DNA of 51,303 nucleotides from a bacterium (GTDB lineage Bacteria; JADJOY01): NCBI GenBank assembly GCA_046331705.1, contig JAXLQJ010000019.1, positions 62,001 to 113,303 of the forward strand, read 5' to 3'. Shown piece by piece: positions 36,609 to 45,075 of this stretch (position 1 is its first letter; each line of letters starts with the position of its first letter). The notes under the pieces were generated by a model. It saw only the letters and a program-made list of their open reading frames with translations, ran no database searches and was not told where the DNA came from. The position numbers and the translations under genes were made by a program.

Positions 36609-38207
36609 TCAGGCGAGGCTCGCGGCGGCTGGTGCGAGGGGGGGCTCGGTCATCGGCAGGACTCGGTCCAGGACGTCCGTGGGGCTCGGGTTCGCGAGGT
36701 GCTCGTGCACCGCTTGCGCGATCGCCCGGGCGCCCAGGTGGGCGTCGTAATACGCGATCGCATCCACCACGAAGTTGTCGAGCGCCACGGGATTGCGTCG
36801 CAGGATCGTGATCAGGGCTCGCCAGAACGCGCGTTTGCCGGTGGGCGCCAACAGCCCGAGCCTGAGCAGCAGGCGCAGGAAGATGGGGACGCCGTACCAG
36901 CGCTGGAGCGCGGCCTGGATCGCCGGGCGTCGGCGAGTCTGGCAGATCGCCTCGGTGATGCGCGGGAAGAACCGCTCGGGATCGTAGATCTCGTTCGCCA
37001 GCCACGCGTAGCCCGTCAGGATCTCGCGCTTCGTCAGCTCGCCTTTGGGAACGAAGTTGATCGGCGGGATCGCCGTGGGGTGATCGTCGAGCAGACGGCC
37101 CTCGGCGACCAGTCGCCGGCGCAGCGGAGTGTTGGGGCGGGCGTCGAGCAGGCTCAAGGTGACGTGGCCGATGCCGGTGCGCTGGATGAAGTCGCGCTGC
37201 ACGCGGAAGGTCTCGCGCGTCTCGCCGTCGAAGCCGACGATGAAGCCGGCGAACGGGTGGATGCCCGCGGCGCGGATGAGCCGCAGCCGGTCGAGCGGGT
37301 CGCGACGCAAGTTCTGGCTCTTCTTGGTGATCGCGAGCTGCGCCGCCTCGGCCGTCTCGATGCCGAAGAACACGAACTGGAAGCCAGCGCTCGACATCGC
37401 CTCGAGCAGGTCGGGGTGGTCGGCGAGGTTGAGCGTCGCCTGGGTGTAATAGAAGAACGGGTGCCGGTTGCGCTCGTTCCACTCGCGCACCTGACCGAGC
37501 ATGGCGCGCGCGGCGTTGGGGTGGCCGATGAAGTTGTCGTCCACCCAGAAGATCATGCCCAGATAGCCGCTCGCGCGCAGCGCGCTCAGCTCGTCGAGCA
37601 TGTGCGCGGGACTCTTGGTGCGCGGCACGCGGCCGAAGTTGTCCGGGATGTCGCAGAACTCGCAGCGGAACGGGCAGCCGCGCGAGAACTGAAGCGCGTG
37701 CATCGCGTAGCGGTTGGGCTTCGCGAGCAGCTCGAAGCGGGGCACGCGCGCGCGAGCGAGATCGAAGCGCTCGGGCCCGTAGCTCAGGCCGCGGCGGTCG
37801 GCGCGGATGTCCGCGATCAGCCGCTCGAGCACGGGCTCACCCTCGCCGAGGCAGACCCAGTCCGCCTCGCGGGCGAGGCGTTCCGGCACGTCGACGCAAT
37901 GAGCCCCGCCCACGGCGAGCCGCTTGCCGTGGCGTCGCGCGGCGTCGCGGCAGGCCACGTAGTCGTCTTCCTGGATGCCGAACATCCAGCTCACGAACAC
38001 CACGTCCGCCCAAGCCCAGTCGGATTCACGCACCTCGTCGAGGTTGCGATCGATCAGCCGGATCTCGAAGTCGTCGGGCAGGTAGCTGGCGATGCTGACG
38101 AGCCCGAGCGGCGGCAGCCCCGGCCGGCCGACGACCTTGCGGCGCGCTTCCTCGCCGTAGCGGATCCAGCCTGCCGAGAACTTCGGGTAGAGCATCAGCA
38201 CCCGCAT
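36609..38207 (-). CDS. B12-binding radical SAM enzyme (class B methylase; HpnP/DUF4070-like)
   Basis: PPLGL, GGAH, GEGE, SRGCPFRCEFC (CxxxCxxC), VDDNFIG, GIET, GFIVGFD. Confidence 0.92.
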   Translation of the reverse strand: MRVLMLYPKFSAGWIRYGEEARRKVVGRPGLPPLGLVSIASYLPDDFEIRLIDRNLDEVRESDWAWADVVFVSWMFGIQEDDYVACRDAARRHGKRLAVGGAHCVDVPERLAREADWVCLGEGEPVLERLIADIRADRRGLSYGPERFDLARARVPRFELLAKPNRYAMHALQFSRGCPFRCEFCDIPDNFGRVPRTKSPAHMLDELSALRASGYLGMIFWVDDNFIGHPNAARAMLGQVREWNERNRHPFFYYTQATLNLADHPDLLEAMSSAGFQFVFFGIETAEAAQLAITKKSQNLRRDPLDRLRLIRAAGIHPFAGFIVGFDGETRETFRVQRDFIQRTGIGHVTLSLLDARPNTPLRRRLVAEGRLLDDHPTAIPPINFVPKGELTKREILTGYAWLANEIYDPERFFPRITEAICQTRRRPAIQAALQRWYGVPIFLRLLLRLGLLAPTGKRAFWRALITILRRNPVALDNFVVDAIAYYDAHLGARAIAQAVHEHLANPSPTDVLDRVLPMTEPPLAPAAASLA

Positions 38208-38255
38208 CGTCGTCCTGCTCGTCCTTTCCCCGCGCGCCCCTGGATCTCGGTCCGC

Positions 38256-40817
38256 TCAGCTCGCGCACCGCGCGGCGTCGCGCGGGCTCTCGTCGCCCGG
38301 CTCGTCGAGCCGCTGTTGCATGGCGCGCAGCACGTCCACCACCGCGAGGCGCTGGGGATCGAGCCGGTAGACCGCGCCATCGTACGAGCACGCGACCACG
38401 TGATCGCCGGCGCGCTTGATCGCGCTCAGGCCATTGCCCGCGACGCTCAGCCGCCGGATCTCGCGCTCGGCGAGTGAGACGCGGATCACCTGTCCCCAAT
38501 AATCGCCGACGAAGATCGTGTCGGCGTCGAAGAAGCACACGCACTTGAGCGAGCGCCGCCCGAGATCGAACGACTCGAGCAAGGTGCCGGCGTCGAGGTC
38601 GAACACGTTGAGCGCGAAGTCGCGCCCCACGCTGGCCACGCGCGCGGTGGTGGGCTCGATGTCGAGGTCGTTGATGATCGCGCGATGCCCCAGGTAGCGC
38701 TGGCGGATCCGCCCGTCGAAGTTCCAGGCGTGGAGCGTGCCGTCGGCGGCGCAGCTCAGCCCGAGCGGCAGGTGCGGGTGCAAGCGCAGCGATTTCACCG
38801 CGCCGTCGTGGCAGCGCAGCGCGCCGTGCACGGTGCCGTCGAGCCCCACGCGCACGACGTGGCCGCTGTAACAGCCCACGAACGCTTCGGGCTCGCCGTG
38901 GCCGGTGCGGATCTGGATGGTGTTGATGGGGCCGTGGCCGAGGGCCGTGTGTGCGCGGCAGCGCAGCTCGCCGTCGCGTCGTTCCCAGACGTGGATGGCG
39001 TGGTCGTGGGCTCCGCCCACGACGGTGCTGCCGGAGGGATGGATCGCGATGCCGTTCATGAGCACGCGTCCGGTGGCCGGCGTGCCCTCCGCCGTCCACG
39101 CGAGACGGCCGCTCGCGAGCCCCGCCGTGCGCACGTGGCCGTCGTCGCTCACCAGCGCGAGGGTACCGTCGTCGGCGACTGCAACGTCGTTGAAGCACGC
39201 GTTGCCAGCTGGGCTCGCGTCGGCGCCGATCCGCCGCACCAACCGCCCGTCGCTCGCGTCCCAGACGTGGACCGTGCCGTCGAACGTCCCGCCCAGGAGC
39301 CGCTTGCCGTCGTGGGACCAGGTGAGGGTGCGCTCCCAGGGCATCGGCGCGGAGGTGACCTCCAGGCGCCGTTCGAGGGCGTCGCCGCTCCAGCTCCACA
39401 CCACCACGCGCTGATCGTAGGCCCCCGAGACGATCTCGCCGGTGGCCGTCGAGACCGCGACCTTCTTGATGCCCACCGCGTGGGCGGGGATCTCGTGGGT
39501 CTGCTCGCCGCGCGCCAGCGAGAAGACTCGGATCGCGCCGTCGTCGCAGCCGAGCACCAGCCGGTCGTGGACGGGATCGATCGCGCAGGTATCCGTCTCC
39601 ACGGCGAACGGACCGAAGATCCGCTGCTGCTGCCCGGTGCGCACGTCCCAGACCCGGAGCGTCGTGTCGTCGCCGGAAGAGAGCAGCACGTCACCGTGGG
39701 CGGCGAGCGAGAGAACGTCCTTCTCGTGGCCCTCCAGGACGTCCACGATCGCGCCGGTCTCGAGGTCCCAGAGCAGGATGCGCCGGTCGCGCGACGCCGA
39801 GGCCCCCAGCCCGCCATCCAGGAACACGAACGCCTCGACGTCGTCGGCGTGGCCGCGCAGCACCCGCACCAGCCGCCGCGCGGCGACGTCCCAGACGCGG
39901 ATCGAGTAATCGGCGCCGCAGCTCGCGACGCGTCCGCCGCGCGGATCGGCGCTGATGCCGTTGCCGAGGTGGTCGTGGTAACCGAGCAGCTCGACGCCGC
40001 CCGTGGCCACGTCGAAGAGCGCGACGGCACCGTCGTACGCGACACTCGCGATCCGCTCGGTCCCGGGCACCGACGCCACACCCGTGACCGGCCCGCGATG
40101 CCGCTGGAACTCGCGCGCCGCGCGGGTGCCGTCCACGCGGGCGGCGCGGCGGCGCGCACGTGGGATCGGGACCGCCGCGGCGGCCGTGTCGCTCGCGGCG
40201 ACGGTGCCGAGCGCCGGCACCCAATGGCCGAAGTGCACGCGCTTCGCCTCGAGGTAGCCGGCGTTGAAGCGGTTCGCCGCGACGTTGAGGGGCACGACCT
40301 CCGCGACCTCGACGCCGCTCTCCTCGAGGGCGCGCACCTTCGCGGGGTTGTTGGTGAGGATCCGGACCCGCTGCGCGCCGAGCGCGTGCAGGATCTCGGC
40401 GGCGGCGGCGAAGCTGCGCGTGTCGGCAGGCAGCCCGAGCGCCAGGTTGGCCTGGACGGTGTCGAGGCCGCCGTCCTGGAGCTCGTAGGCGCGCAGCTTG
40501 TTCACCAGGCCGATGCCGCGGCCCTCGTGGGTGAGGAAGTAGATCAGCACGCCGAACGGCGCGCGCTGGATCTCTCGCAGCGCGGCCTCGAGCTGTGCGC
40601 CGCAGTCGCAGCGCAACGAGCCGAGCACGTCGCCCGTGAAGCACGCGCTGTGGAGCCGGATCAACGCGGTGTCGGACTCGTCGCCGGCGGCGCGGTGGAC
40701 CAGCGCGATGACCTCCGCGTCGTCGTCGCCGCGGCCGAACGCGTACATCCGCAGCTGGCGCGAGGTCGTCTCGTCGATCGGGATCAGCGCGCTCGCCAGC
40801 GAGGCGTGCGGAGTCAT
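38256..40817 (-). CDS. ribA: Alternative or internal gene model: GTP cyclohydrolase II fused to a ToxC-like WD40 protein
   Basis: Own GAGGAG RBS and ATG at 40817. RibA motifs intact (Zn cysteines, RAYELQD.GLDT..AN, LTNNP.K, YL..K..GH). WD40 region starts near 40100. Confidence 0.75.
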   Translation of the reverse strand: MTPHASLASALIPIDETTSRQLRMYAFGRGDDDAEVIALVHRAAGDESDTALIRLHSACFTGDVLGSLRCDCGAQLEAALREIQRAPFGVLIYFLTHEGRGIGLVNKLRAYELQDGGLDTVQANLALGLPADTRSFAAAAEILHALGAQRVRILTNNPAKVRALEESGVEVAEVVPLNVAANRFNAGYLEAKRVHFGHWVPALGTVAASDTAAAAVPIPRARRRAARVDGTRAAREFQRHRGPVTGVASVPGTERIASVAYDGAVALFDVATGGVELLGYHDHLGNGISADPRGGRVASCGADYSIRVWDVAARRLVRVLRGHADDVEAFVFLDGGLGASASRDRRILLWDLETGAIVDVLEGHEKDVLSLAAHGDVLLSSGDDTTLRVWDVRTGQQQRIFGPFAVETDTCAIDPVHDRLVLGCDDGAIRVFSLARGEQTHEIPAHAVGIKKVAVSTATGEIVSGAYDQRVVVWSWSGDALERRLEVTSAPMPWERTLTWSHDGKRLLGGTFDGTVHVWDASDGRLVRRIGADASPAGNACFNDVAVADDGTLALVSDDGHVRTAGLASGRLAWTAEGTPATGRVLMNGIAIHPSGSTVVGGAHDHAIHVWERRDGELRCRAHTALGHGPINTIQIRTGHGEPEAFVGCYSGHVVRVGLDGTVHGALRCHDGAVKSLRLHPHLPLGLSCAADGTLHAWNFDGRIRQRYLGHRAIINDLDIEPTTARVASVGRDFALNVFDLDAGTLLESFDLGRRSLKCVCFFDADTIFVGDYWGQVIRVSLAEREIRRLSVAGNGLSAIKRAGDHVVACSYDGAVYRLDPQRLAVVDVLRAMQQRLDEPGDESPRDAARCAS

Positions 40818-43088
40818 GGAGATCTCCTCGGATCGCGATTCGCTGCCGGCGCGCCGCGCCGCGCCCGTCGCCCGGGCCGGGTCCGCCGCCGCCCGCTCCT
40901 CGACGGCATGGGCGACGCGCGCGATGACGCTCGACACGTTGCGGGTGAGCTGAGCGAGTCGAGAGCCCTCGCCCGCGAGCCCCGCGGCCGCGATCGCCCG
41001 CTCGGCGCCCTTGGCGAGCTCACGGGCGCGGATCAGCACCGCGCCGAGGGCACCCGAGCGCACCAGCTCGTCGAGCGCCGCCGCGAGATCGGCGGTGGAG
41101 GTCGCCGCCGCCAGCGCCGCGGTGAGGTCGAAGCCGCGCGCCTGCGCCTCCCACGCGTGCGCCACGCGGTATCCGCGCCGCGCCAGGTAGAGCGGCTCGT
41201 TCTCGCTGGCGAGCGCGTGACCGCGCAGGTCGATCCACACGTCGTGGGCGATCTCGACCGCCCGCGACAAGGCGCCCGCCCAGGTCTCGAGGGCGTCGCG
41301 CCGCGCCGCTGGATGGTGCTCCAGGTCGGCGACGATGCGCACCAGCCGCGCCGCGAGTCGCGCCGAATCGCCCGCGTCCTGGCCGGGCGCGAGCGAGGAG
41401 CGCGCCACGACCCGCCGCGCCAGGAGCCGTCCCAGGTGAGCGCGAAGCTCGTCGCTGAGGACCGCGCGCGTCGGCGCGTCGAGGCGGTTCATCACGTCGA
41501 AGAGCCGCGCCACCAGCGTGTCGCCGACCAGGATGGACATGGGCGTGTAGGCGCGGGCGAGCGACGGGCCCTGCGGCCCGCCGAGGACGTCGCCGTGGAA
41601 GAGCGTCGAGGTCGAGACCAGCTCCGCGGCGACGGACAGGTCCCGCACCGCCACGGAAGCGGGTCGCTCGAGGGAGCCCGCGCACACGATCAAGGTCGCG
41701 AGCCAACCCGGCAAGCCGAGCACGCCGGAGCGCGCGTACACGACCAGCTCGCCGAAGAGCGGGGTCTCGCTGCCGGCGATCTCGATCACCTCGTCGTCGA
41801 CGGCGCGCAAGGTGGAGGCGAGCGCGGCGTCGGACGCGAGGCCCGCCCAGAGCAGGGTGCGGATCGGCGCGCCGCTCGGCGGCTCGTGGTCGCTCAGCAC
41901 GTCGCGCAAGCAGGGCGCCAGGATGCCGTCGGCGGGCGGGCGCGGCGTCGCGCCGTCGTTCGACTTGGGGGTCTGCCAATCGTAGAGGCGCGCCATGCCG
42001 AACATGCGCGGGAACTCGTCGCGCAGGTGGACGTGGCGGCGATAGCGGGCGCGCAAGAGCTCCGGATAACGGTCCGCCACGTCCTTGCCGTCGCGCAGCG
42101 CCCGATCGATCGCCTCGCCCGCCAGCTCGCCACTTTCGAGGGCGTACGAGATGCCCTCGCCGTTGAACGGGTTGACCAGCGCCGCGGCGTCACCGGTCGC
42201 GAGCAGGCCCGGGGCCACCGTCTCGCCCGGCACCGTGCCGATCCGGAGCGGAGCACCCACGAGCGGCGAGCACGAGATCCGCTCGGCGTCGGCGAAGCGG
42301 CCATCGCCGAGGGCCAACGCCCGCAGGAATTCCTCGTACACCGTGCGCACGCCGATCTTGGCGTCGAAGCCCGATCCGTACGCGACGCCCACACCCACGT
42401 TCGCGATGTCGTCCGATACCGGGAAGACCCAGCCGTAGCCGGGCACCACCATGCCGTGATGGGTGACCGGCAGCACCACGTCGAAGAAGGGCTCCATGCC
42501 CGGCACGCCGCGCACGTACTGGCGCACGGCGAACATCAGGTCGTACGGCTTGCGGGCGCTCTTCTGGAAGAGGTGGCCGAAGCGCCCCACGGAGCCTTCG
42601 GAGACCACGAAGAAGCGCGCCTCGATCTCCTGCTCTTCGCCTGCGCGGTCGACGACCAACCGCCAGGGGCGGCCGTCGTCGTCGGCGAGGAAGCGCTGCG
42701 CCGTGGTCTCCATCCAGCACTCGGCGCCTTGCCCGAGCGCCGCGCGCAGCACGTGGTCGTCCAGGGTGTAGCGCGGCACCACCACGCCGTAGTCGATGCC
42801 CTCCGCATCCGGGCGGAACGAAACGGTCCTGTCGAAGCGGCAGCGATCGTCGCGGATCCGGATGCCGCGCACCTTGTGCATGCCCGGCAAGCCGTGGATG
42901 CCGAGACCGCGCAGCGCCGCCAGCGAGCGACGCGTCAGGCCGTCGCCGCACACCTTCTCGCGCGGCAGCCGGTCTTTCTCGACGATCAGCACGCGGTAGC
43001 CGCGGCTGGCGACGTGGAAGGCCGTGGACGAGCCGGACGGTCCCGCACCGATGACGACGACGTCGTAGCTCGCGTGCGCGCGACTCAT
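38256..43088 (-). CDS. Uninterrupted 1610-aa frame: geranylgeranyl-reductase family flavoprotein + degenerate polyprenyl-synthase-like domain + GTP cyclohydrolase II + ToxC-like WD40 propeller (may really be two genes)
   Basis: DVVVIGAGPSG, PREKVCGDGL, GYGWVFP..ANVGVG, GDAAALVNPFNGEGISYA; LFHGDV; RLHSACFTGD..CDCG, EGRGIGL.NK; more than 10 WD repeats; no stop codon between domains. Confidence 0.7.
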   Translation of the reverse strand: MSRAHASYDVVVIGAGPSGSSTAFHVASRGYRVLIVEKDRLPREKVCGDGLTRRSLAALRGLGIHGLPGMHKVRGIRIRDDRCRFDRTVSFRPDAEGIDYGVVVPRYTLDDHVLRAALGQGAECWMETTAQRFLADDDGRPWRLVVDRAGEEQEIEARFFVVSEGSVGRFGHLFQKSARKPYDLMFAVRQYVRGVPGMEPFFDVVLPVTHHGMVVPGYGWVFPVSDDIANVGVGVAYGSGFDAKIGVRTVYEEFLRALALGDGRFADAERISCSPLVGAPLRIGTVPGETVAPGLLATGDAAALVNPFNGEGISYALESGELAGEAIDRALRDGKDVADRYPELLRARYRRHVHLRDEFPRMFGMARLYDWQTPKSNDGATPRPPADGILAPCLRDVLSDHEPPSGAPIRTLLWAGLASDAALASTLRAVDDEVIEIAGSETPLFGELVVYARSGVLGLPGWLATLIVCAGSLERPASVAVRDLSVAAELVSTSTLFHGDVLGGPQGPSLARAYTPMSILVGDTLVARLFDVMNRLDAPTRAVLSDELRAHLGRLLARRVVARSSLAPGQDAGDSARLAARLVRIVADLEHHPAARRDALETWAGALSRAVEIAHDVWIDLRGHALASENEPLYLARRGYRVAHAWEAQARGFDLTAALAAATSTADLAAALDELVRSGALGAVLIRARELAKGAERAIAAAGLAGEGSRLAQLTRNVSSVIARVAHAVEERAAADPARATGAARRAGSESRSEEISMTPHASLASALIPIDETTSRQLRMYAFGRGDDDAEVIALVHRAAGDESDTALIRLHSACFTGDVLGSLRCDCGAQLEAALREIQRAPFGVLIYFLTHEGRGIGLVNKLRAYELQDGGLDTVQANLALGLPADTRSFAAAAEILHALGAQRVRILTNNPAKVRALEESGVEVAEVVPLNVAANRFNAGYLEAKRVHFGHWVPALGTVAASDTAAAAVPIPRARRRAARVDGTRAAREFQRHRGPVTGVASVPGTERIASVAYDGAVALFDVATGGVELLGYHDHLGNGISADPRGGRVASCGADYSIRVWDVAARRLVRVLRGHADDVEAFVFLDGGLGASASRDRRILLWDLETGAIVDVLEGHEKDVLSLAAHGDVLLSSGDDTTLRVWDVRTGQQQRIFGPFAVETDTCAIDPVHDRLVLGCDDGAIRVFSLARGEQTHEIPAHAVGIKKVAVSTATGEIVSGAYDQRVVVWSWSGDALERRLEVTSAPMPWERTLTWSHDGKRLLGGTFDGTVHVWDASDGRLVRRIGADASPAGNACFNDVAVADDGTLALVSDDGHVRTAGLASGRLAWTAEGTPATGRVLMNGIAIHPSGSTVVGGAHDHAIHVWERRDGELRCRAHTALGHGPINTIQIRTGHGEPEAFVGCYSGHVVRVGLDGTVHGALRCHDGAVKSLRLHPHLPLGLSCAADGTLHAWNFDGRIRQRYLGHRAIINDLDIEPTTARVASVGRDFALNVFDLDAGTLLESFDLGRRSLKCVCFFDADTIFVGDYWGQVIRVSLAEREIRRLSVAGNGLSAIKRAGDHVVACSYDGAVYRLDPQRLAVVDVLRAMQQRLDEPGDESPRDAARCAS

Positions 43089-44170
43089 GCCGAGGCCTCC
43101 GCTCCCGCGTGTCCGGCGAATCGTCCCGTGACGTGTCGGGCCTGCGCGAGGAGGCCGTTCACCAGCTCCTCGAGCTCGACGCGCGCGGGGGAGGCCGGAA
43201 GCTCGCCGAGCGCCGCGAGCGCGGCCGCGCCGATTCCCTCGGCGTGCTCGAGAGCGCGCGACAGTCCGGCGGTCTCGCGCAGCAGCACCAGCGCCCGCTC
43301 GAGCTCGGGCGGCGCGAGCTTGCCGCTGCGGCTCGTGAGCAAGAGGCGCAATGCGCTCGCGTTCGCGTCCTCGGATTCGAGGGCGCACAGCACGGGAAGC
43401 GTGTAGGTGCCGCTGCGCAGGTCGGAGCCCGGCGCCTTGCCGAGCTCCGCCGCGGTGCAGGCCACGTCGCGGATGTCGTCGAGCACCTGGTAGAGCACGC
43501 CGAAGCGATGGCCGAACGCGGTCAGCGCCTCCACCGGTCCTCGGGTGGCGAGCGCCGCCATGCGACAGGAGGCCTCGAAGAGCGAGGCGGTCTTGCGCTC
43601 GAGCACGGCGCGGTGCTCCTCCTGTCGCAGGTTGACGTTGCCGATGTTGAGGATCTCCGCGAGCTGTCCGACGCACAGGTCGAGTGCCGCGCGGCTCACC
43701 GCGTCGCGGATCGCCCGCGCGGTCGAGTCCGCGATCGCGGGCATGTGATGGACGACGTGGATCGCCTCCTGGAGCAGGTAAGCGCCGGCGAAGACCGCCA
43801 CCTCGGCGCCGTGGCTCGCGTGCAGCGTGGGCCGGCCGCGTCGGGTCTCGGACCGATCCATGACGTCGTCGTGGAAGAGCGAGGCGGTGTGGATCAGCTC
43901 CATCACCGTCGCGATCGCGATCAGATGCTCGGGTGCCGGCGAGCCGAAGGTGCCGGCGAGATGGACGAGCAGCGGCCGGAGACGCTTGCCGTCGCCGGCG
44001 AGGCGCGGCAGCAACACGTCGTGGACCTCGGGGGGGGCCTCCTCCAGGCGCGCCACCAGCGCGCGGTCGAGCGCCCCGAGGAAGGCCTGCGCGTTCGCGT
44101 CCAGCGCCATCGGCAGCGCTGCCGATCGCGCCGTTGCCGTGGTGCTCGCGGTCACCGACTCAGGGCTCAT
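43085..44170 (-). CDS. Trans-polyprenyl diphosphate synthase
   Basis: GKRLRP, first Asp-rich motif HDDVMD..RRG, KTASLF, second motif YQVLDDIRD, GK..GSDL..G..TLP. Confidence 0.93.
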   Translation of the reverse strand: MSPESVTASTTATARSAALPMALDANAQAFLGALDRALVARLEEAPPEVHDVLLPRLAGDGKRLRPLLVHLAGTFGSPAPEHLIAIATVMELIHTASLFHDDVMDRSETRRGRPTLHASHGAEVAVFAGAYLLQEAIHVVHHMPAIADSTARAIRDAVSRAALDLCVGQLAEILNIGNVNLRQEEHRAVLERKTASLFEASCRMAALATRGPVEALTAFGHRFGVLYQVLDDIRDVACTAAELGKAPGSDLRSGTYTLPVLCALESEDANASALRLLLTSRSGKLAPPELERALVLLRETAGLSRALEHAEGIGAAALAALGELPASPARVELEELVNGLLAQARHVTGRFAGHAGAEASA

Positions 44171-44230
44171 CGAGGCTCCTCTTCCGCTCTTCCGCCTGGC
44201 GACGTGTGCCGCAAGCGACGCGTGCGGGGC

Positions 44231-45075
44231 TCACGCGCTGCCTCCCGCGAGCAGCACCGCGATCATCGAGAGCGTGCTGACGGCTCCGTTCACCACGTGC
44301 GCCGCCTGGATGTATCGGCCCTGGCGCGCGAGCCAGAGCTCGGCAGCGAAGGTGGCGCCGAGCAGCACCACCACCCCCGTGCTCGCGGCGGTCGCGCCCA
44401 GACCGCGGGTGCAGAGCGCGATCATCGCCAGCGCCAGCGCGAACGCCGCGACGGCGATGCGGTACGCCCCCTGAGCCCGAAGCGCACGGGGATCGAATGG
44501 ACTCCCATCTCGCGGTCGGCGGCGTAGTCCGCCATCGCGTAGATCACCTCGAAGCCCGTGCCCCACGCCACGATGAAGAGCGCGTAGCTGAGCAGCACGG
44601 AATCGGGAAAGCGATCGTGAAAGACGATCCAGATCCACAGCGGGATGATGCTGAGCTGCAGGCCGACGAAGAGATTGCAGGCCCACGTGAAGCGCTTGAG
44701 GTACGGGTAGGCGACGAAGATCGCGAGGGCGATCGGGAACAGGGCGGCGAGGCGAGGCGCGATCGCGTAGAGGCAGAGCGCGCAGACGCCGAGCAGCAGC
44801 GCCAGCAAGGCGAGCGCCTCGGCGCTCGTGACCTGACCGGAGGCGATCTCGCGGTCGCGCGTGCGTGGATTGCGCGCGTCGATCTCGCGGTCGATCCAGC
44901 GATTCAACACCAGCGCCGCGACCCGGCCGCAGACCAGCGCCACCACCATCCAGGTCGCGATTCGCAGATCGGGCCAGTGCCCGACCAGATGGAAGGAGGC
45001 GATCAAGAGCGGCAGTGAGTAGAGCGCGTCCTGGACGCGCATCACGCGCAAGTAGCGTCGCAGCCGGTCTCTCAC
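44231..45075 (-). pseudogene. ubiA: UbiA/MqnP-like aromatic prenyltransferase with a single-base frameshift at 44467-44471 (true lesion or sequencing error)
   Basis: NRWIDREIDARNPRTRDREI, YPYLKRFT, YAMADYAADREMGVHSIPVRFG. The remaining TM helices continue in another frame to stop 44231; one extra G in the G5 run restores GLRGAYRIA. Confidence 0.85.

Noticed and set aside
33256..40817. Ordinary riboflavin operon or F420 pathway
   Set aside because: No DHBP synthase, lumazine synthase, riboflavin synthase, FMN riboswitch or CofG/CofH-type genes; RibA is fused to WD40 rather than RibB.
32505..45075. Plain menaquinone, carotenoid or hopanoid cluster
   Set aside because: No ring-forming men/mqn genes, phytoene/squalene synthase or cyclase, and this reading leaves the interleaved RibA, WD40 and RibD genes unexplained. 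Partial use for quinone tailoring is not excluded.
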